A stretch of DNA of 64,000 bases from a virus (IMGVR_UViG_3300043676_000014:30147-94146), one strand, 5' to 3'; shown: positions 9,772 to 20,075, counted from the stretch's first letter. A program made the numbers and translations. Notes: generated by a model from the letters alone, not told the origin.

Positions 9772-10428
9772 CTATCGCCAGTGTTGTTTGACCCAGTCCA
9801 GACTTGTAAACCGCGAAGGATCGCGCCAACCTGGAAAGGCGACTATGCGCGCGTCGTTTGGTAGATCGTTGCCCTTGGGCCACGTTGTTTTTTGAAACGA
9901 ATAGACGCCACTCTCTGGCCCCGCCTTCCACTCAGCATAATTCGGGATTCGATCCCAAATAAACGCTTGGTCGTCTGGAAACGAATCGTACCTTACCATC
10001 GACGCGTTCTTGAGACTAAAATCCTTCCACACATTCTGATGCTCGCCAGCACGGAGCATCTGTAAAGATCCATTCACCGGACATGGGTTGCTGGAATTTG
10101 CTCCTGTTAAGATAACAAAGGACTCATCCCTATCGAACAACACATCTAGAGAACCGGTTACTACCACATCAAGATCGATGCAGACGATACGATCACCGGG
10201 CTTGATGCCTTGTCTCTCCTGCCATTCCGTTGAGAAATATCTAAGACGACAGAAGCACCCTGGAATCTTGGTGAGATACTCGTCCTCTTCATCTGGAGCA
10301 AATACCGCAAAACGATGCTCTTGTTCCAAGTTACGAGAGACAGAAGACTTCAGCCTTTCAACATAGTGTCCGGGATACTTGTCTGACCATCTCCACGTCG
10401 TAATCCAGAGTGCGCCTAGACCTTCCAC
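9772..10428 (-). CDS. Putative GT-A glycosyltransferase
   Basis: KY...YV.RL...V.RNL, IDLD, NGS, DQ, F.G..DP. Confidence 0.75.
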   Translation of the reverse strand: MEGLGALWITTWRWSDKYPGHYVERLKSSVSRNLEQEHRFAVFAPDEEDEYLTKIPGCFCRLRYFSTEWQERQGIKPGDRIVCIDLDVVVTGSLDVLFDRDESFVILTGANSSNPCPVNGSLQMLRAGEHQNVWKDFSLKNASMVRYDSFPDDQAFIWDRIPNYAEWKAGPESGVYSFQKTTWPKGNDLPNDARIVAFPGWRDPSRFTSLDWVKQHWR

Positions 10429-10994
10429 AGCACACCGATGCCATTGTCTTTCTCTTCCATCTTTATCTCTTCGTGCCGGTAACCGGACTTCAACTCATTC
10501 CAGAATTCCGGAACGTCGATGCGGTAGCTTGCGAAATCCGCCGGCCGCTTCCATGAGATATCGTGGAGCGCAACGATCTTGTTGCTCATCGCGCCGTAGT
10601 TATTCCAATCCTTTGCGATATACGGAGCCGTGTGATTTCCGTCTATGAAAACGCAGTCGTATGGCCCCAGCGCGCGTACCTGTTCAACGACATCCCGCGC
10701 CGTGCTGTCGCCCCAGATCACGCGAGCGTCGTGGCCCATATCCTTCAGGTCTGCGATGCAGGCGAGCAGCGATACCCGCGTCTGCGCCCAGTCTTTTGTC
10801 CCGCCCGGAAGATCGACCGCTACCATCCGCGATCCCTTCGGCAGAGCATCGCCGACGCGACGGAACGATCCGCCGAACTTGGACCCGATCTCGAGATAAC
10901 TTGTGACGCCTTCCGTCTTCAGTATTTCAGCAAACCGCGCGTGTTCGGCTTCATTCTGCAGGGCCTTGTACGACGCCATCAGTCCCTCGCCCAT
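10416..10994 (-). CDS. SAM methyltransferase (Methyltransf_24-like)
   Basis: LEIGS..GGS, GDS, FIDGNH, HD. Confidence 0.85.
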   Translation of the reverse strand: MGEGLMASYKALQNEAEHARFAEILKTEGVTSYLEIGSKFGGSFRRVGDALPKGSRMVAVDLPGGTKDWAQTRVSLLACIADLKDMGHDARVIWGDSTARDVVEQVRALGPYDCVFIDGNHTAPYIAKDWNNYGAMSNKIVALHDISWKRPADFASYRIDVPEFWNELKSGYRHEEIKMEEKDNGIGVLWKV

Positions 10995-11042
10995 ATCGCG
11001 TCGCTAAGGTATCTCATGATTGCCGACCGAAATTCTGCATTC

Positions 11043-11702
11043 CTATCTCCAACTCAAACAATAATCACCGTTCATTTCAAATTTCTGTTTTGCACCCCAA
11101 GATTTCAGTAGATCAAGCGATGCATACTGGTCTTTTTCATAAGTAAGCTTTCCGTTCTTTCCGTTACCCTTTTGCTCAAGGATAATAACGGGCTGATGAG
11201 CGCGAATGGTTTTCTCGCCGCCCTCAAGGACGAAAAACTCATAATTTTCTACGTCAATCTTCATGAAATCGATTGCGTCGCTAAATGTGAATTCGTCCAA
11301 ACGGCGCATCGTTGTGCCGCCAGCCTCCTCCAAGATCTGCGTGCTACCGGTACTGCCGTCGAAATACTTCAGTCCTACCGTTCCGCTCTTGTTGCCAAGA
11401 GCGCAGTTGTGAACTTCCCAGTTCTTAGAGCCATGCATATTCAATAACAGGCATTCAATGTGTTCTGCAACCGGTTCAAACCCGACAACGGTCCTAAACT
11501 GCTTCGCCAAATGCATCGACCAAAGCCCAACATGCATTCCGACGTCTAAAGCAAAACCCTTTCGCTTAACGTATTGTAGAGCAGACGCGAGTTTTTGGTA
11601 CTGATAAGTACCCTTCCCACCCACCTTCGGAGACGACAACACCATCTTGCAAAGGTGCCGCTCATTTTCCGGAAACCAAATCCCCTCTACTTGCTTCATC
11701 AT
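11043..11702 (-). CDS. FkbM-family methyltransferase
   Basis: DVG.HVG.WS, FEP, ALG, KIDVE..E..VL.G. Confidence 0.9.
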   Translation of the reverse strand: MMKQVEGIWFPENERHLCKMVLSSPKVGGKGTYQYQKLASALQYVKRKGFALDVGMHVGLWSMHLAKQFRTVVGFEPVAEHIECLLLNMHGSKNWEVHNCALGNKSGTVGLKYFDGSTGSTQILEEAGGTTMRRLDEFTFSDAIDFMKIDVENYEFFVLEGGEKTIRAHQPVIILEQKGNGKNGKLTYEKDQYASLDLLKSWGAKQKFEMNGDYCLSWR

Positions 11703-12286
11703 TAGCGACCCCAGATCGCAGCGACGCCGAGATCATTTGAAATGTAAGACGTATGAATCCGCTTCAACCCAGCCTGCTTGAGATCGCGATCGAGCCGCCT
11801 GATCTCCTGCTCGTTTTCGTCAGGCGACAACGCCGTGCCACGCCACCCGAAATATTTCTTCGTCCAATGCCCGAAGAAGATCATTAATTCGGTCAACTTG
11901 TCTTCCGGCATGACGCGCTTCAGCTTGTGATACACCGCCAAGCACAGCACGATATCGTACCCGCTCATTTCGAATATCTTAAGCGCCTTTGGACCCTTGG
12001 TCAGATCGACGACCTCGAACCGGCCTTCCGTCGATCTAAGGTCAGCGAAGACCTCGCGCGCCACCATGATTCCATCTTCATAGATGTCGCAGCCATGAAC
12101 GATGGACGCATATTGTTCTGCGAACTGATAGCCAACCATGCCGCGGTTGCAGCCGATGTCGAAAACCGTTTTTCCCTTCGCCCTCAAAACCAGATCGGTG
12201 ATTCCATCGAGGCGGACATTGTTCAATCCGCCAACACGCCTTTGAACCTTGTAGGAGGTGCCGACAGGTTGCATCCAATCAACCAC
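11702..12286 (-). CDS. Class I SAM methyltransferase
   Basis: VFDIGCNRG, GCD, YDIVLCLAVYH. Confidence 0.8.
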   Translation of the reverse strand: MVDWMQPVGTSYKVQRRVGGLNNVRLDGITDLVLRAKGKTVFDIGCNRGMVGYQFAEQYASIVHGCDIYEDGIMVAREVFADLRSTEGRFEVVDLTKGPKALKIFEMSGYDIVLCLAVYHKLKRVMPEDKLTELMIFFGHWTKKYFGWRGTALSPDENEQEIRRLDRDLKQAGLKRIHTSYISNDLGVAAIWGR

Positions 12287-12297
12287 GAAACCGCTCC

Positions 12298-12564
12298 CTA
12301 GTTTCGTGACCAGCCGCCATGCATACTAGTCCCGAGTTCATCAGCAGGAGGCGGCGGCTCCTTTGGCTTTTTGGGAGTGACGTTCGTCAGTTCTTTTATC
12401 TCAACTTCCCCATCGACCTCTGCCATGATCTTCAGGGTAATTTCGGCGATGCCCGCACCGCCGCCAGCATGATAAATGATCTCGGTAGCGGCAATGTCGC
12501 GCCCGTCCAATTGGACTTTCCCGTGACCAGTCTCGTCAAGAGCAAACGTCAGCTTGTGCGTCAT
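12298..12564 (-). CDS. Hypothetical protein
   Basis: Co-oriented ORF filling the gap. Confidence 0.55.
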   Translation of the reverse strand: MTHKLTFALDETGHGKVQLDGRDIAATEIIYHAGGGAGIAEITLKIMAEVDGEVEIKELTNVTPKKPKEPPPPADELGTSMHGGWSRN

Positions 12565-13336
12565 GTTTCAGGTATCCATTTGCAGATTCTAGAACCTCAT
12601 CTACAGATATCGCATCCATCGCTGCCTTGCAGTGCTTGCACAATGACAACGATCCACAAGCTTCAGCGCCACCGGTTAAATTGGTGTGGCTAGAATAGCC
12701 AGTAACAGCGGGAGGAATAAAACCACCAAACATAACCACCCCAGGAGCCCCCACAGCAGCCGCGGCATGGTGCAGACCTCCCTCGGGTCCGATGTAGAGC
12801 GCAGCGCGAGCGAGAATTGCGACCGCATGCCGGAACGTCGGCGAGATGATCTGACGTGCTGCGGATATCCTGAACCCCTTGCCGTAGCTGAATTGAACAA
12901 CGTCGTAGCCGTCACACTTCAGTTTTTCTGCAACCTCCGAGTAACGCGCGACCGGCCACTGCTTGTTTGGAGCGACAGACTTTTGTTCCGGTACGTTAGG
13001 CTCGATAACGACAAATCCTCTGCCGGCCGTCTCGGCGTAGGCACGCTCCTGTTTTGTCAGGAAGACCTCGCCAGGAATTGCTTTGAATTCATAATTCCAA
13101 CACCACCGATTGCCTTCACGCCGATTGTAAAGTCTGTTGCCCTTATAGAATCCGAACCATTCTATATTGCCAGACTTCTCCGTACCGGGCGGGGCGACGT
13201 TAGGGTTGCCGCGAAAGATTTGCTCTGAATGCAGATCCCAGATTATTCGCGTCCCGTCTCCGAACGCTATTCGCTTGCCTCTTACTGACGCGCCCTTGGC
13301 AAAGCCCGAGGCCAAAATTTGATCACCTATCCCGAC
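12536..13336 (-). CDS. GT9 (heptosyltransferase-like) glycosyltransferase, apparently starting at GTC
   Basis: GIGD N-motif, KQWP..Y, IG.EGG.HH.AAAVG.P.V.FG. Confidence 0.8.
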   Translation of the reverse strand, partial: VGIGDQILASGFAKGASVRGKRIAFGDGTRIIWDLHSEQIFRGNPNVAPPGTEKSGNIEWFGFYKGNRLYNRREGNRWCWNYEFKAIPGEVFLTKQERAYAETAGRGFVVIEPNVPEQKSVAPNKQWPVARYSEVAEKLKCDGYDVVQFSYGKGFRISAARQIISPTFRHAVAILARAALYIGPEGGLHHAAAAVGAPGVVMFGGFIPPAVTGYSSHTNLTGGAEACGSLSLCKHCKAAMDAISVDEVLESANGYLKHDAQADVCS

Positions 13337-13362
13337 GTTAGCCTCCCACCATCACTAGCGCT

Positions 13363-14115
13363 TTAGGCACCGAGACTCAGTGGACCACGCGCCCAGTCGC
13401 TCAAACTATCTCGCCACTCGTCAGCCAACTCGCAATCGCCATAGCCTGGCATGTCAGGAAGCCCGAGCGTGAAGTGACCGATGTTTATGTTGTCGATCGG
13501 CTCAGTTTCTCCGATCAAATAATTCCACGACTGATCCAGCTCTCCGATATCGCATTCAGCAAGCCAGAAGAATTTATGCAGAAATCGCCCAGGCGTATTA
13601 TTTAGAACGTCGAGCGTGAGGGCCTTGTTCGCAGGATGATCGCAATTGAAAAGCATGATCGAGGATGCGTTTTTCCTCGGATATGATTGTTGTATCTGAC
13701 CATCCATTTTGATGCCGGATTCCTGTATGCGCTTATGATTCACGCAGTACAGAGCTTTGGAATGATCCAGTCCCTCGAACAACCTTGCAACATTCGATCG
13801 AAAGATAACGTCGCCGTCACAGAATAGCGCCCAACCGGTCTTTGCGATGTAGGGAATAAAAAACCTGCTGTTGGCATGCTCTGTACTTTGCGGAGCATCG
13901 CTCACGACGTCCCACATAATCGGCTTGTCGACCACGCACTTACGATACTCGATTGGCCTCTTATAGATGCCGGCCTTTTGCAGATCGGCCAAGATAAGTC
14001 CGTATATCGGTATCGGTCGCGTCAGATGACGACGACAGGATGACCTTGCAACAGCAAACCCTGACGCCTCACGAGGATCCCATCCCAACCAGATACTGTC
14101 GTTGAGCGCCATCAT
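13363..14115 (-). CDS. GT8-like glycosyltransferase
   Basis: GWDPRE, STE...SRF..P, FCDGD, KMDGQ.Q..YPRKN.SS, HFT.G.P. Confidence 0.85.
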   Translation of the reverse strand: MMALNDSIWLGWDPREASGFAVARSSCRRHLTRPIPIYGLILADLQKAGIYKRPIEYRKCVVDKPIMWDVVSDAPQSTEHANSRFFIPYIAKTGWALFCDGDVIFRSNVARLFEGLDHSKALYCVNHKRIQESGIKMDGQIQQSYPRKNASSIMLFNCDHPANKALTLDVLNNTPGRFLHKFFWLAECDIGELDQSWNYLIGETEPIDNINIGHFTLGLPDMPGYGDCELADEWRDSLSDWARGPLSLGA

Positions 14116-14775
14116 TTAAGCATTCACAGAATCCAAATCAGCCACAAAATCTTCAGCCTTGCGCCGCTCAAAGCACCTCAGAACACTGATATCCGAAGCA
14201 TTGAACACCTCGACACCACGCTCTTTCAGTTTCGGCGCCGCCAGTTCAAAGGCGCGGCGCCACCGACGAAAGTTGTCTTCCGTTGGATTATTCCCCTGCG
14301 GCCAGTTATTGCGTCCATACCAGTGAGCGCCGCTGCGATCGTGCATGTCGAAGCCGATCAGCAGGACTCGTTTAGCGCCGAACTGCACCGCGAGATTGAG
14401 CGCCTGGAAACCCGAATTTCCGCCTGAACCAAGTTTACCTGACGGCTCGAATATCAGATCGTCCGACTTGATCGTAATTTCGACGTGGCGGATATCCAGA
14501 TATGGCGCCGGCCGGTGGTCATTGCTACCGGCCCATGTAACCTTCAGTCCCTTGAACTCCTGAAGACCAAGCCTCTTCTTCCACCACGCCGCGTCACACC
14601 CGTAGACCACGTCAGCCCATGGTGCGAGTTCGACGTTCTCCTTGATCGCAATGACAGGCATCTTGCCGCGAAGCGCCGGGATATTGGCCTTCTTTGCCGA
14701 CGGTCCGGAGGCTATTATCGCGACCGGTCCAGACCAGTCCAAATACCAATCCGGTCTCAATCTGCCAGTCCTCAA
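14116..14775 (-). CDS. Glycan-modification/DUF115(Maf)-like protein
   Basis: IIASGPS, NSGFQALNLA...GAKR+LLIGFD. Confidence 0.7.
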   Translation of the reverse strand: MRTGRLRPDWYLDWSGPVAIIASGPSAKKANIPALRGKMPVIAIKENVELAPWADVVYGCDAAWWKKRLGLQEFKGLKVTWAGSNDHRPAPYLDIRHVEITIKSDDLIFEPSGKLGSGGNSGFQALNLAVQFGAKRVLLIGFDMHDRSGAHWYGRNNWPQGNNPTEDNFRRWRRAFELAAPKLKERGVEVFNASDISVLRCFERRKAEDFVADLDSVNA

Positions 14776-14841
14776 TCACTCGGGCTTGTGGTGGCGGTGG
14801 TGTCTCGGTAGACGTAAGGTTGCACCAGCGAAGGACGCCAC

Positions 14842-15612
14842 ATGAAAACGCCGAACATCCTGATCGCCACGCCAGCCCATGGCGGCTGGGTAAAAATTCA
14901 GACAATGGACAGTATATTCATGATACAAAACGCGCTCGCCGCCCGCGCCAGTTTTAAGTTTCGGCATATCTCGCTATCGGACATTGCGTTAGCGCGGAAC
15001 TTGCTGGCATCGGCGTTCTTGGGCGATACCACTTACACGCATCTGCTTTTTGTCGACGCCGACATGACGTTCACACCAGATGTTGTCGCCGCACTATTGG
15101 ATGCCGACAAGCCGGTGATCGGCGCCATTTACCCCATGCGCAGGTTGAATCTCGCCAAATTTTTCGAGTCCGCCAAAACCATGACGATGGAGAGAGCCAT
15201 TGCCGCCGCGTCTGAGTTCGCTGCTACGCTCAATCCGGGAGCCACAACCATCAACCACGGGCTACTCCCGGTCAGGGGTATTGGCATGGGACTGTGCCTC
15301 ATTCGACGCGATGCCCTTGAGATTATGTCGGTGTCCGGCATCCCCCAGAGCAAGCCGGGCCACACCGCCGGAAATTCGGATCGACTTGACCACATCCTTT
15401 TCGGGTTTTTCGATCACCTAACTGCGCCGGGCGGTGGGCAGCTATCTGAGGATTATTCTTTCTGTGAGCGATGGCGACTTTGCGGCGGCGAGATTTGGGG
15501 CCTCGCCACAGATCATGTCGGGCACATCGGAGAGATGGAATTTCGCGCCAACTTCATCGATCGGCTACATGCTACAGGACAAACGACAGCCGGATATAGT
15601 GGTCTTAGGTGA
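14842..15612 (+). CDS. GT-A glycosyltransferase, counter-oriented
   Basis: IATP, ARN.L...FL, THLLFVDAD, SEDY.FC.RW...GG, H.G. Confidence 0.85.
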   Translation: MKTPNILIATPAHGGWVKIQTMDSIFMIQNALAARASFKFRHISLSDIALARNLLASAFLGDTTYTHLLFVDADMTFTPDVVAALLDADKPVIGAIYPMRRLNLAKFFESAKTMTMERAIAAASEFAATLNPGATTINHGLLPVRGIGMGLCLIRRDALEIMSVSGIPQSKPGHTAGNSDRLDHILFGFFDHLTAPGGGQLSEDYSFCERWRLCGGEIWGLATDHVGHIGEMEFRANFIDRLHATGQTTAGYSGLR

Positions 15613-16234
15613 CGCGAACCTTTACGACGCTTGCCGTCCGATAGAGACCGTCAACAGGAACGCCGCCAGTCGCTGCCGCCGCATCGTCGGCAAAGTTTTC
15701 GAGACCAGATGCAAGAATGTGCCCGACAACACCCGCGCCATGTTTAGCGCCGGGGGTAAGAACGACGTTTCCGCCGTCACTATCGCCAGCAGAGGCGGAC
15801 CCGCCATTGAGACTGAGTGCGCCGCCGGCCCCGGATTGTGCCCCCCCGGATCCACCATTAAGACTGACAGGACCGCCGCTTCCAAACCCGACTTCGCTTC
15901 CAGCGCCGGCATAAGCATAAACGCCGCCACCTGCGAAAGTGTTGCCGCCACCGGCTGCAGCGATCAGCGCTACACCACCTCCGTTGCCATCAGCAGTAGT
16001 GCCACCGTTAAGAGCTACGCCGCCGCCATCCCCTGCAAGAGTGTCGCCCCCGCTCAAGGACGCTGCGCCGCCGATACCGTTATTGGCATTGCCAGCAGTC
16101 AAAACGATGGCGCCTCCTGCCCCCTGATTGGTGCCGCCTTCTCCTGCGGAGATGTTCAAACCCCCGCCAGGATCATCAGGGCCTACCGCATCAGGAAGAA
16201 CGAGAGCAGCCAGGATATCAGTTAGTTCGGCCAT
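15605..16234 (-). CDS. Gly-rich repeat virion protein
   Basis: Repeated GG.+.L.(G/A)G units. Confidence 0.65.
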   Translation of the reverse strand: MAELTDILAALVLPDAVGPDDPGGGLNISAGEGGTNQGAGGAIVLTAGNANNGIGGAASLSGGDTLAGDGGGVALNGGTTADGNGGGVALIAAAGGGNTFAGGGVYAYAGAGSEVGFGSGGPVSLNGGSGGAQSGAGGALSLNGGSASAGDSDGGNVVLTPGAKHGAGVVGHILASGLENFADDAAAATGGVPVDGLYRTASVVKVRVT

Positions 16235-16248
16235 TTTTTAATTTCCTC

Positions 16249-16665
16249 TTAGTCGTGGGTGACGACATCACCGCTATTCGTGACGGTGGCTCCATTATGG
16301 GTGACGACATCCCCGCCTCCATTTGTATCGGCAGCATTAACCGCTGCGGCGACCAGTTCCGCAGTTGAACTGGAATAAGGAAGCAGAGCCGATCCGCCAA
16401 GAGCCACAACTAACGCCACAAGAAGTTCATGCTGGCCATGCCGCGGAGAGGCGCTACCACCCGCGGCAGTGACGATTCTTGCGAGGATATTTTCTCGACC
16501 TCCGATTGTGCGCTTGGAATACGACTCTCCAAACGTATTGAGGATTTCGATAAGAACCTGTCGCTCCGAAAGGTCTCGCGTAAGAAACGCTTCCGAACCG
16601 CCCAACGCCACTAACAAGTCAGACCACAATTGCCTCAATGACCGGTTAGAGGCCGATACGGTCAT
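16249..16665 (-). CDS. Hypothetical structural-region protein
   Basis: Short helical repeats ending in GGS. ATGA overlap with the upstream gene. Confidence 0.6.
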   Translation of the reverse strand: MTVSASNRSLRQLWSDLLVALGGSEAFLTRDLSERQVLIEILNTFGESYSKRTIGGRENILARIVTAAGGSASPRHGQHELLVALVVALGGSALLPYSSSTAELVAAAVNAADTNGGGDVVTHNGATVTNSGDVVTHD

Positions 16666-18581
16666 TTTGGATCAGACTTGACCGGGCCTTGCGGAGGAAT
16701 GGTCTTTACAACGCCATCCGACCCATTACGACCCCGCTTCACGCTGAGCCTCCAGGAATTGCTTCCGTCCTGCGGCTTGCCCTCCGGACTATCCTTCTGT
16801 GCTATCCAGAAACTTCCGCCGAAGGTGACTCCATCACCTTTCTCGTAAGGTACCTCACGGCCATCCTTATAGACGCCGCGGTCGATCACCACCGGCATCT
16901 TGAACGAGAATTCCTTGACCTGATCTGCACGAGTGAATTTCAGGCTAATGGTGCGCTCGCCATCGAATGTGGCGTCCAGATCCTCGAACCCAAACCCGTC
17001 ACGACCGTCCTTCGGACGTGGAATCTCCGCCATCTTCTCATTGATGAATTGAAGAATCTCTGCCTGATCTGCGTCCTTACCGACAACAACTCCAAGAGCC
17101 TTCGTCGAGCCATCAGAAAGCGTCAGCACGAGCTCGCCGGAGCGGTCGATCACAGCGCCAGCGGTGCCGACACCGTCCTTCGGACGCGGAATGGCAGCGA
17201 CTCGTTTCTCGACCATCTCCTCCAGGAGCGGAAGCATCTCTTCAACCGTAATGCTCACGCCGTCAGCCGGTGGCGGAATCAACTTCGCAACATCCTCGAC
17301 GATCAGCGCCGCCACAACAGAAGGATCGACCGGATCAGCATCCTTGCCATCGACCGCCTTCGGAATCGACGCAACCAATTCCTCGACTACCGGACGAATA
17401 TCTTCGATCGAAACACTCTTCCCGTCTGCCGGCTTTGGCATCAAGTCGACAAGAAGATTTGCGACTTCGACCGGATCAACCACGGCATCCTTGCCATCCC
17501 GTGGAACCGGAATTGTAGCAACGCGCTTCTCGACCATCTCCTCGAGCATCGGAAGAACGTCATCAACCGTAACACTCTTACCGTCCTCGCCCTTTGGCGG
17601 AATGATACCAGCAACGGCATTTCCGACTTCAGCCTCGATGACCAGGATCAGATCCTCGATCTCGACGCTCTTGCCGTCTTGACCATCCTTTGGACGCTCG
17701 ATCTTCGCCACTTCCTCGACAACAAGCGACCTGATCACTTCCGGATCGGCGTCCTTGCCGTTTTCAGGCTTCGGAAGTTCGGCAACCATCCCCTGGAGCA
17801 ACGGCAGCACATCTTCCACGGTGACGCTCTTGCCGTCAGCGGGACGCTCAATCGCATCAACCGCTTTGGACACTTCCGCAGAAACCAACGCAGCCACTTC
17901 TGCAGGATCAACGTCTTTGCCATCCCTACCCGGCTCGGCCGGAGCAATCTTAGCTACGTGGACCGCAACGACTTCCTCAACAATTGGCCGAACGGTTTCA
18001 TCATAAACCGCTTCTCTTAATGCAAACTTCTGATCGGTAATTCCCAGGACCAAACGCTCGAGTTCTTCCCGGTCAACGTCCTTGCCGTCCTTCGGCTTCT
18101 CGATCTTATCGACCGCACTCGACACCTCTCCCGGCAATACTTGAGCAACGACATCAAGGACCGCGGCCTTGATCGCTTCTGGAGATGCGTCCTTGCCATT
18201 TTCGGGGACCGGTAAAAGCTTTGCGGCGCGGGACGCCACTTCATCAAGATCGACCGGGTCTGCGTCCTTGCCATTCTCCGGAACAGGCAACGCCGAAACT
18301 GCTTTCTCGACCTTCTCCGTAACGACGCGCTCGATTTCTACAAGATCAATCTCCTTGACCGGCAACTCGACCTTGGCGATTTCCTCCTTCACCAGAGTCA
18401 AAAAGAAAACGCGATCATTCTCGCGCTCTGTAGAGAAATCAGCAAAGCGCTGCTCGACCGCAGCTAGACTCGTCGACAGTCGCACATTTTCAGCGCGCAA
18501 TGGTGCCATCGCCTTGCTGACAAAATCTCCGATCGTCGGTGCAACGCTTTCCATGAGGCGCGCAATTTCGTCATGCTTCAT
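16662..18581 (-). CDS. Portal-adjacent protein with ~14 P-x-(D/N)-GK(D/S) repeats
   Basis: Repeats in the translation, C-terminal RGVY...Y..GD.VT.GGS.W...W.L.VKRGR.G. Confidence 0.8.
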   Translation of the reverse strand: MKHDEIARLMESVAPTIGDFVSKAMAPLRAENVRLSTSLAAVEQRFADFSTERENDRVFFLTLVKEEIAKVELPVKEIDLVEIERVVTEKVEKAVSALPVPENGKDADPVDLDEVASRAAKLLPVPENGKDASPEAIKAAVLDVVAQVLPGEVSSAVDKIEKPKDGKDVDREELERLVLGITDQKFALREAVYDETVRPIVEEVVAVHVAKIAPAEPGRDGKDVDPAEVAALVSAEVSKAVDAIERPADGKSVTVEDVLPLLQGMVAELPKPENGKDADPEVIRSLVVEEVAKIERPKDGQDGKSVEIEDLILVIEAEVGNAVAGIIPPKGEDGKSVTVDDVLPMLEEMVEKRVATIPVPRDGKDAVVDPVEVANLLVDLMPKPADGKSVSIEDIRPVVEELVASIPKAVDGKDADPVDPSVVAALIVEDVAKLIPPPADGVSITVEEMLPLLEEMVEKRVAAIPRPKDGVGTAGAVIDRSGELVLTLSDGSTKALGVVVGKDADQAEILQFINEKMAEIPRPKDGRDGFGFEDLDATFDGERTISLKFTRADQVKEFSFKMPVVIDRGVYKDGREVPYEKGDGVTFGGSFWIAQKDSPEGKPQDGSNSWRLSVKRGRNGSDGVVKTIPPQGPVKSDPK

Positions 18582-18599
18582 GGAATACCTGCAAGCCGA

Positions 18600-20075
18600 T
18601 CAGGCGGCCATCTTGCGCAACTGCAATTCAAGCGCGTCTTTCAAGGCCCAGTTCGCAATCTGGTGTTGCGCAGCGGTGCCGATCTCATCGTCGAACGATT
18701 TTGCAGGAGGCGGTGACGCTGTGGCATCGACGGCTGCGGCCGCAGCATCCTGCTGTGCAGATGTCGGCGTGTTCTGATCACGTTTCGGCGCCAGAGCGAA
18801 CGGATCATCGGACTGATCGCGTCGATCAAGCGCAGCCAGGCTGAAATTCTGCTGCTGAAGATATGGAGTATCACCGCCCTTGACGGGCTTCTGGCCGATC
18901 TTCTTGCGGCCCTCGTTCGGAGCCAGCAGGCCGGCACCGATGCCATCTCCGATGGTCTTGTACTGCGTGGCCGTATCCATCCGAAGAAGATCGTCGAGAT
19001 CGAACTCGGTCCCGTAAGTATGCGCTTGATGCGCCGTTAGACCCAGCCCCTCATCAAGACAGAGTTCGATGGATTCGATATGCGTCTGCAAACACTGGGT
19101 ATAATACTGCTGGTTCAGCGCCTCAATGTTGTTGTAGGCAGGCGCCGGACCAACACCGATCATGTACGGCGGGACATGAAATGCCGTGCAGACGTTCGTC
19201 TCGTCCCACTTCAACAGATCGATCATCTGCGCTTCGGTCGCAGTCATCGACATCTTCTCGTACTTCATGCCGTCGCCCATGACGGCAACACGGGCGCGGT
19301 TCTCGCCCGTCATGTTGGATTCCCAATGCTCCTTGATGCGCTCCGCCGTATCCTTGTCGATCGCGCCGGGCGCAGTAAGGATGCCGCCGGGCGTTGAATC
19401 GTTGCGGAAGAAGCGCTGAGAATTTTCCTGGATGGTCAGGCCGTGAGTTGCCGCTAATCCGCAAGCCGAGAGCGGAGAGACACCGCACAGCGGATGATAC
19501 AGCGCCACCATCGTATCGTGGATGATCTCGGAGGCAGGGATCGTGATCGTGTCGGACTCTACGCCAGACAGATTGTCCTTGCGGATTTCGTAGTAGACGT
19601 CGCCGTTCGGCGCCACCAGTGCCTTGACCTTGCTCGGATCCAGCACATAAAGCCCGACCACAACGCCGCGCTGATCGCGCTCCTTGAGTATGTAGGCGTT
19701 GCCGGCCAGAAGCTTCGAGATCACCCACTGCTCGAAGAACTTGATGCGGTTCTGCCAGTTATTCGGTTTCGCAAGCACAGGCGAAAATGCGGGAACGTCG
19801 ACCTCAGACCAGATTCCGTTCTTGTCCTGCTCGACCAGCCTAATCCTGATCTTCGCGATGTCGGAGGCTATCAACGTGACGCAGGCATAAACCGCGCCGA
19901 ATGCGAGGACGCTTTCGCGGGTCTGCGTAATATTCCGCTGCCATGCGCCTGCGAACGGCTCACGCACGAGACTCTGCCACCACCGACCGCGATCGAGCGG
20001 ACGCTGGAGTCCATCCGGAACTGCGCGCGTAACGAGTGCATTCTGAATCGCTGCGAAGACCGTGATGTTAGCCAT
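18600..20075 (-). CDS. HK97-family portal protein
   Basis: VYACV..IA.DIA, L.KPN, GNAY, G.SP, P.GIL, F.VPP, PNE.R. Confidence 0.95.
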   Translation of the reverse strand: MANITVFAAIQNALVTRAVPDGLQRPLDRGRWWQSLVREPFAGAWQRNITQTRESVLAFGAVYACVTLIASDIAKIRIRLVEQDKNGIWSEVDVPAFSPVLAKPNNWQNRIKFFEQWVISKLLAGNAYILKERDQRGVVVGLYVLDPSKVKALVAPNGDVYYEIRKDNLSGVESDTITIPASEIIHDTMVALYHPLCGVSPLSACGLAATHGLTIQENSQRFFRNDSTPGGILTAPGAIDKDTAERIKEHWESNMTGENRARVAVMGDGMKYEKMSMTATEAQMIDLLKWDETNVCTAFHVPPYMIGVGPAPAYNNIEALNQQYYTQCLQTHIESIELCLDEGLGLTAHQAHTYGTEFDLDDLLRMDTATQYKTIGDGIGAGLLAPNEGRKKIGQKPVKGGDTPYLQQQNFSLAALDRRDQSDDPFALAPKRDQNTPTSAQQDAAAAAVDATASPPPAKSFDDEIGTAAQHQIANWALKDALELQLRKMAA

